Source: Gammaproteobacteria bacterium (GTDB lineage Bacteria; Pseudomonadota; Gammaproteobacteria; Ga0077536). Taken from it: a DNA stretch of 64,000 nt. The first letter of the stretch is position 1. Each line of letters opens with the position of its first letter. The notes beneath the pieces are model-generated. The model was given only the letters and a program-made list of their open reading frames with translations, was not told the origin of the DNA and ran no database searches. Shown in pieces: positions 63,049 through 64,000 of the stretch. The DNA lies in contig JAVJVZ010000063.1 in assembly GCA_040220855.1 (NCBI GenBank), positions 10 through 64,009 of the forward strand, given 5' to 3'. The position numbers were made by a program, and so were the translations under genes.

Positions 63049-63177
63049 CCGTGCGCCACAGGTGAATCCGGCCTGGGAGGCAACGCCTGCGCGCCGGCCG
63101 TTCTGCGTGGCACCGCTGCGCCCGGCCCGGGCTGGTCAATGTGCCTTGCGGGTGGCGCAGCGGCGTGCGCCGTTGAC

Positions 63178-64000
63178 CTAGTCCGCCAACGCCTCCAGGG
63201 CCCGCCAGCACGGCAGCGCCGGGTTGTCGACATCGACGGAGAAGATCGGCACGTGGTCGGCGCCCGCGGCGAGGTGTGCGTCGATGCGTGCGCGCAACGT
63301 GTCCTCGTCGCCCCAGGCGAGCATGGCGTCGACCAGGCGGTCGCTGCCGCCGTGTTCGAAGTCCTCCGCCGTGTAGCCGAGACCGAGCCATACGTTGCGG
63401 TAGTTCGGCAACTGCAGGTAGAAGGCGATCATCTGGCGGCCGATGGCGCGCGCACGACTCGCATCACGCGTCAGGCACACGCGCTGGAACGGTGCCAGCC
63501 ACGGGCCCGGCCCTAGGATCTCGCGGGCCCTCGCGGTATGCTCGGGCGTCGTATTGGCCGGGTGCGAGCCCTGCGCGATCTCGCCGGACAGCGCGGTCAT
63601 CTTCGGGCCCAGGGCAGCGAGGATGATCGGCATCTCGCCGGCCGGCGTCGTGATCGCACCGCGCTCGCCGCGACCGACCGGTTGTTCGTCCATGCCGTCG
63701 ACGAGCAGGTTGCGCGTCACCGAGATGTTCGCATGGCAGGTACGGATCCCCTCGACGTACGCTCGCATCGCCGCGAGCGGCTTGCCATACGCATGCCCGC
63801 GCAGCTCGACGAGCAGGCTGTGCGAGACCCCGAGGCCGAGCAGGAAGCGCCCGCCGGACTGCTCGTTCAAGGTCTGCTGGCCCATCGCGCAGACCATCGG
63901 ATCGCGCCCGTAGATGTTGACGATGCCGGTCGCGGCGACCAGTCGCTCGGTGTTGGCGAGCACGAAGGCCGCCTTCGCGAACGGTTCGCGTCCCACCGCT
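63178..64000 (-). CDS. LLM-class, probably F420-dependent, oxidoreductase (5' end outside the window)
   Basis: ATGIVNIYGR, GRFLLGLGVSH, LAALGPKM, LPNYRN, SDRLVD, AGADHV. Confidence 0.88.
   Translation of the reverse strand, partial: AVGREPFAKAAFVLANTERLVAATGIVNIYGRDPMVCAMGQQTLNEQSGGRFLLGLGVSHSLLVELRGHAYGKPLAAMRAYVEGIRTCHANISVTRNLLVDGMDEQPVGRGERGAITTPAGEMPIILAALGPKMTALSGEIAQGSHPANTTPEHTARAREILGPGPWLAPFQRVCLTRDASRARAIGRQMIAFYLQLPNYRNVWLGLGYTAEDFEHGGSDRLVDAMLAWGDEDTLRARIDAHLAAGADHVPIFSVDVDNPALPCWRALEALAD

Noticed and set aside
1-64000. CRISPR array, rRNA, prophage structural genes, exosortase gene
   Set aside because: No regularly spaced repeats or diagnostic motifs were seen by eye. The exosortase is presumably encoded elsewhere.

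Overview
High-GC proteobacterial chromosome, probably a gammaproteobacterium (inferred from PEP-CTERM/exosortase-associated genes and a clade I nos cluster). Layout: (1) 1-1829: right end of an island integrated at tRNA-Asn(GTT), with an IS630 end, an IS3 remnant, a sigma54-type PEP-CTERM gene and the duplicated tRNA 3' half. (2) 2-9.6 kb: two VPLP-CTERM proteins, TetR and BVMO pseudogenes, and a Wzz/GumC-like polysaccharide co-polymerase whose C-terminus is a degenerate tyrosine-recombinase domain instead of a kinase. (3) 9.7-30.5 kb: a mosaic, mostly lower-GC exopolysaccharide modification locus (glycosyltransferases, Wzx, methyltransferases, deacetylase, LMW phosphatase, ATP-grasp, ATP-grasp-GNAT fusion, ACP, hydrolases 1 and 2) carrying IS630, IS256 and IS481 elements. 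It ends at a decayed second copy of the recombinase-like domain (30557-30977). (4) 31-53 kb: catabolic genes (cupin, F420 DDN, linalool dehydratase/isomerase-like, PRISE-type SDR, acyl-CoA ligase, MFS, BVMO) interleaved with more EPS genes and a YaiO/GT2/bactofilin-like/wecB glycan module. (5) 53-64 kb: nosRZDFY-cytochrome c-nosX without nosL, a rubrerythrin-like gene and a partial LLM F420 oxidoreductase. No CRISPR array, rRNA or intact tRNA was seen. All family calls are by-eye motif recognition; no database searches were run, and GC statements are visual estimates.
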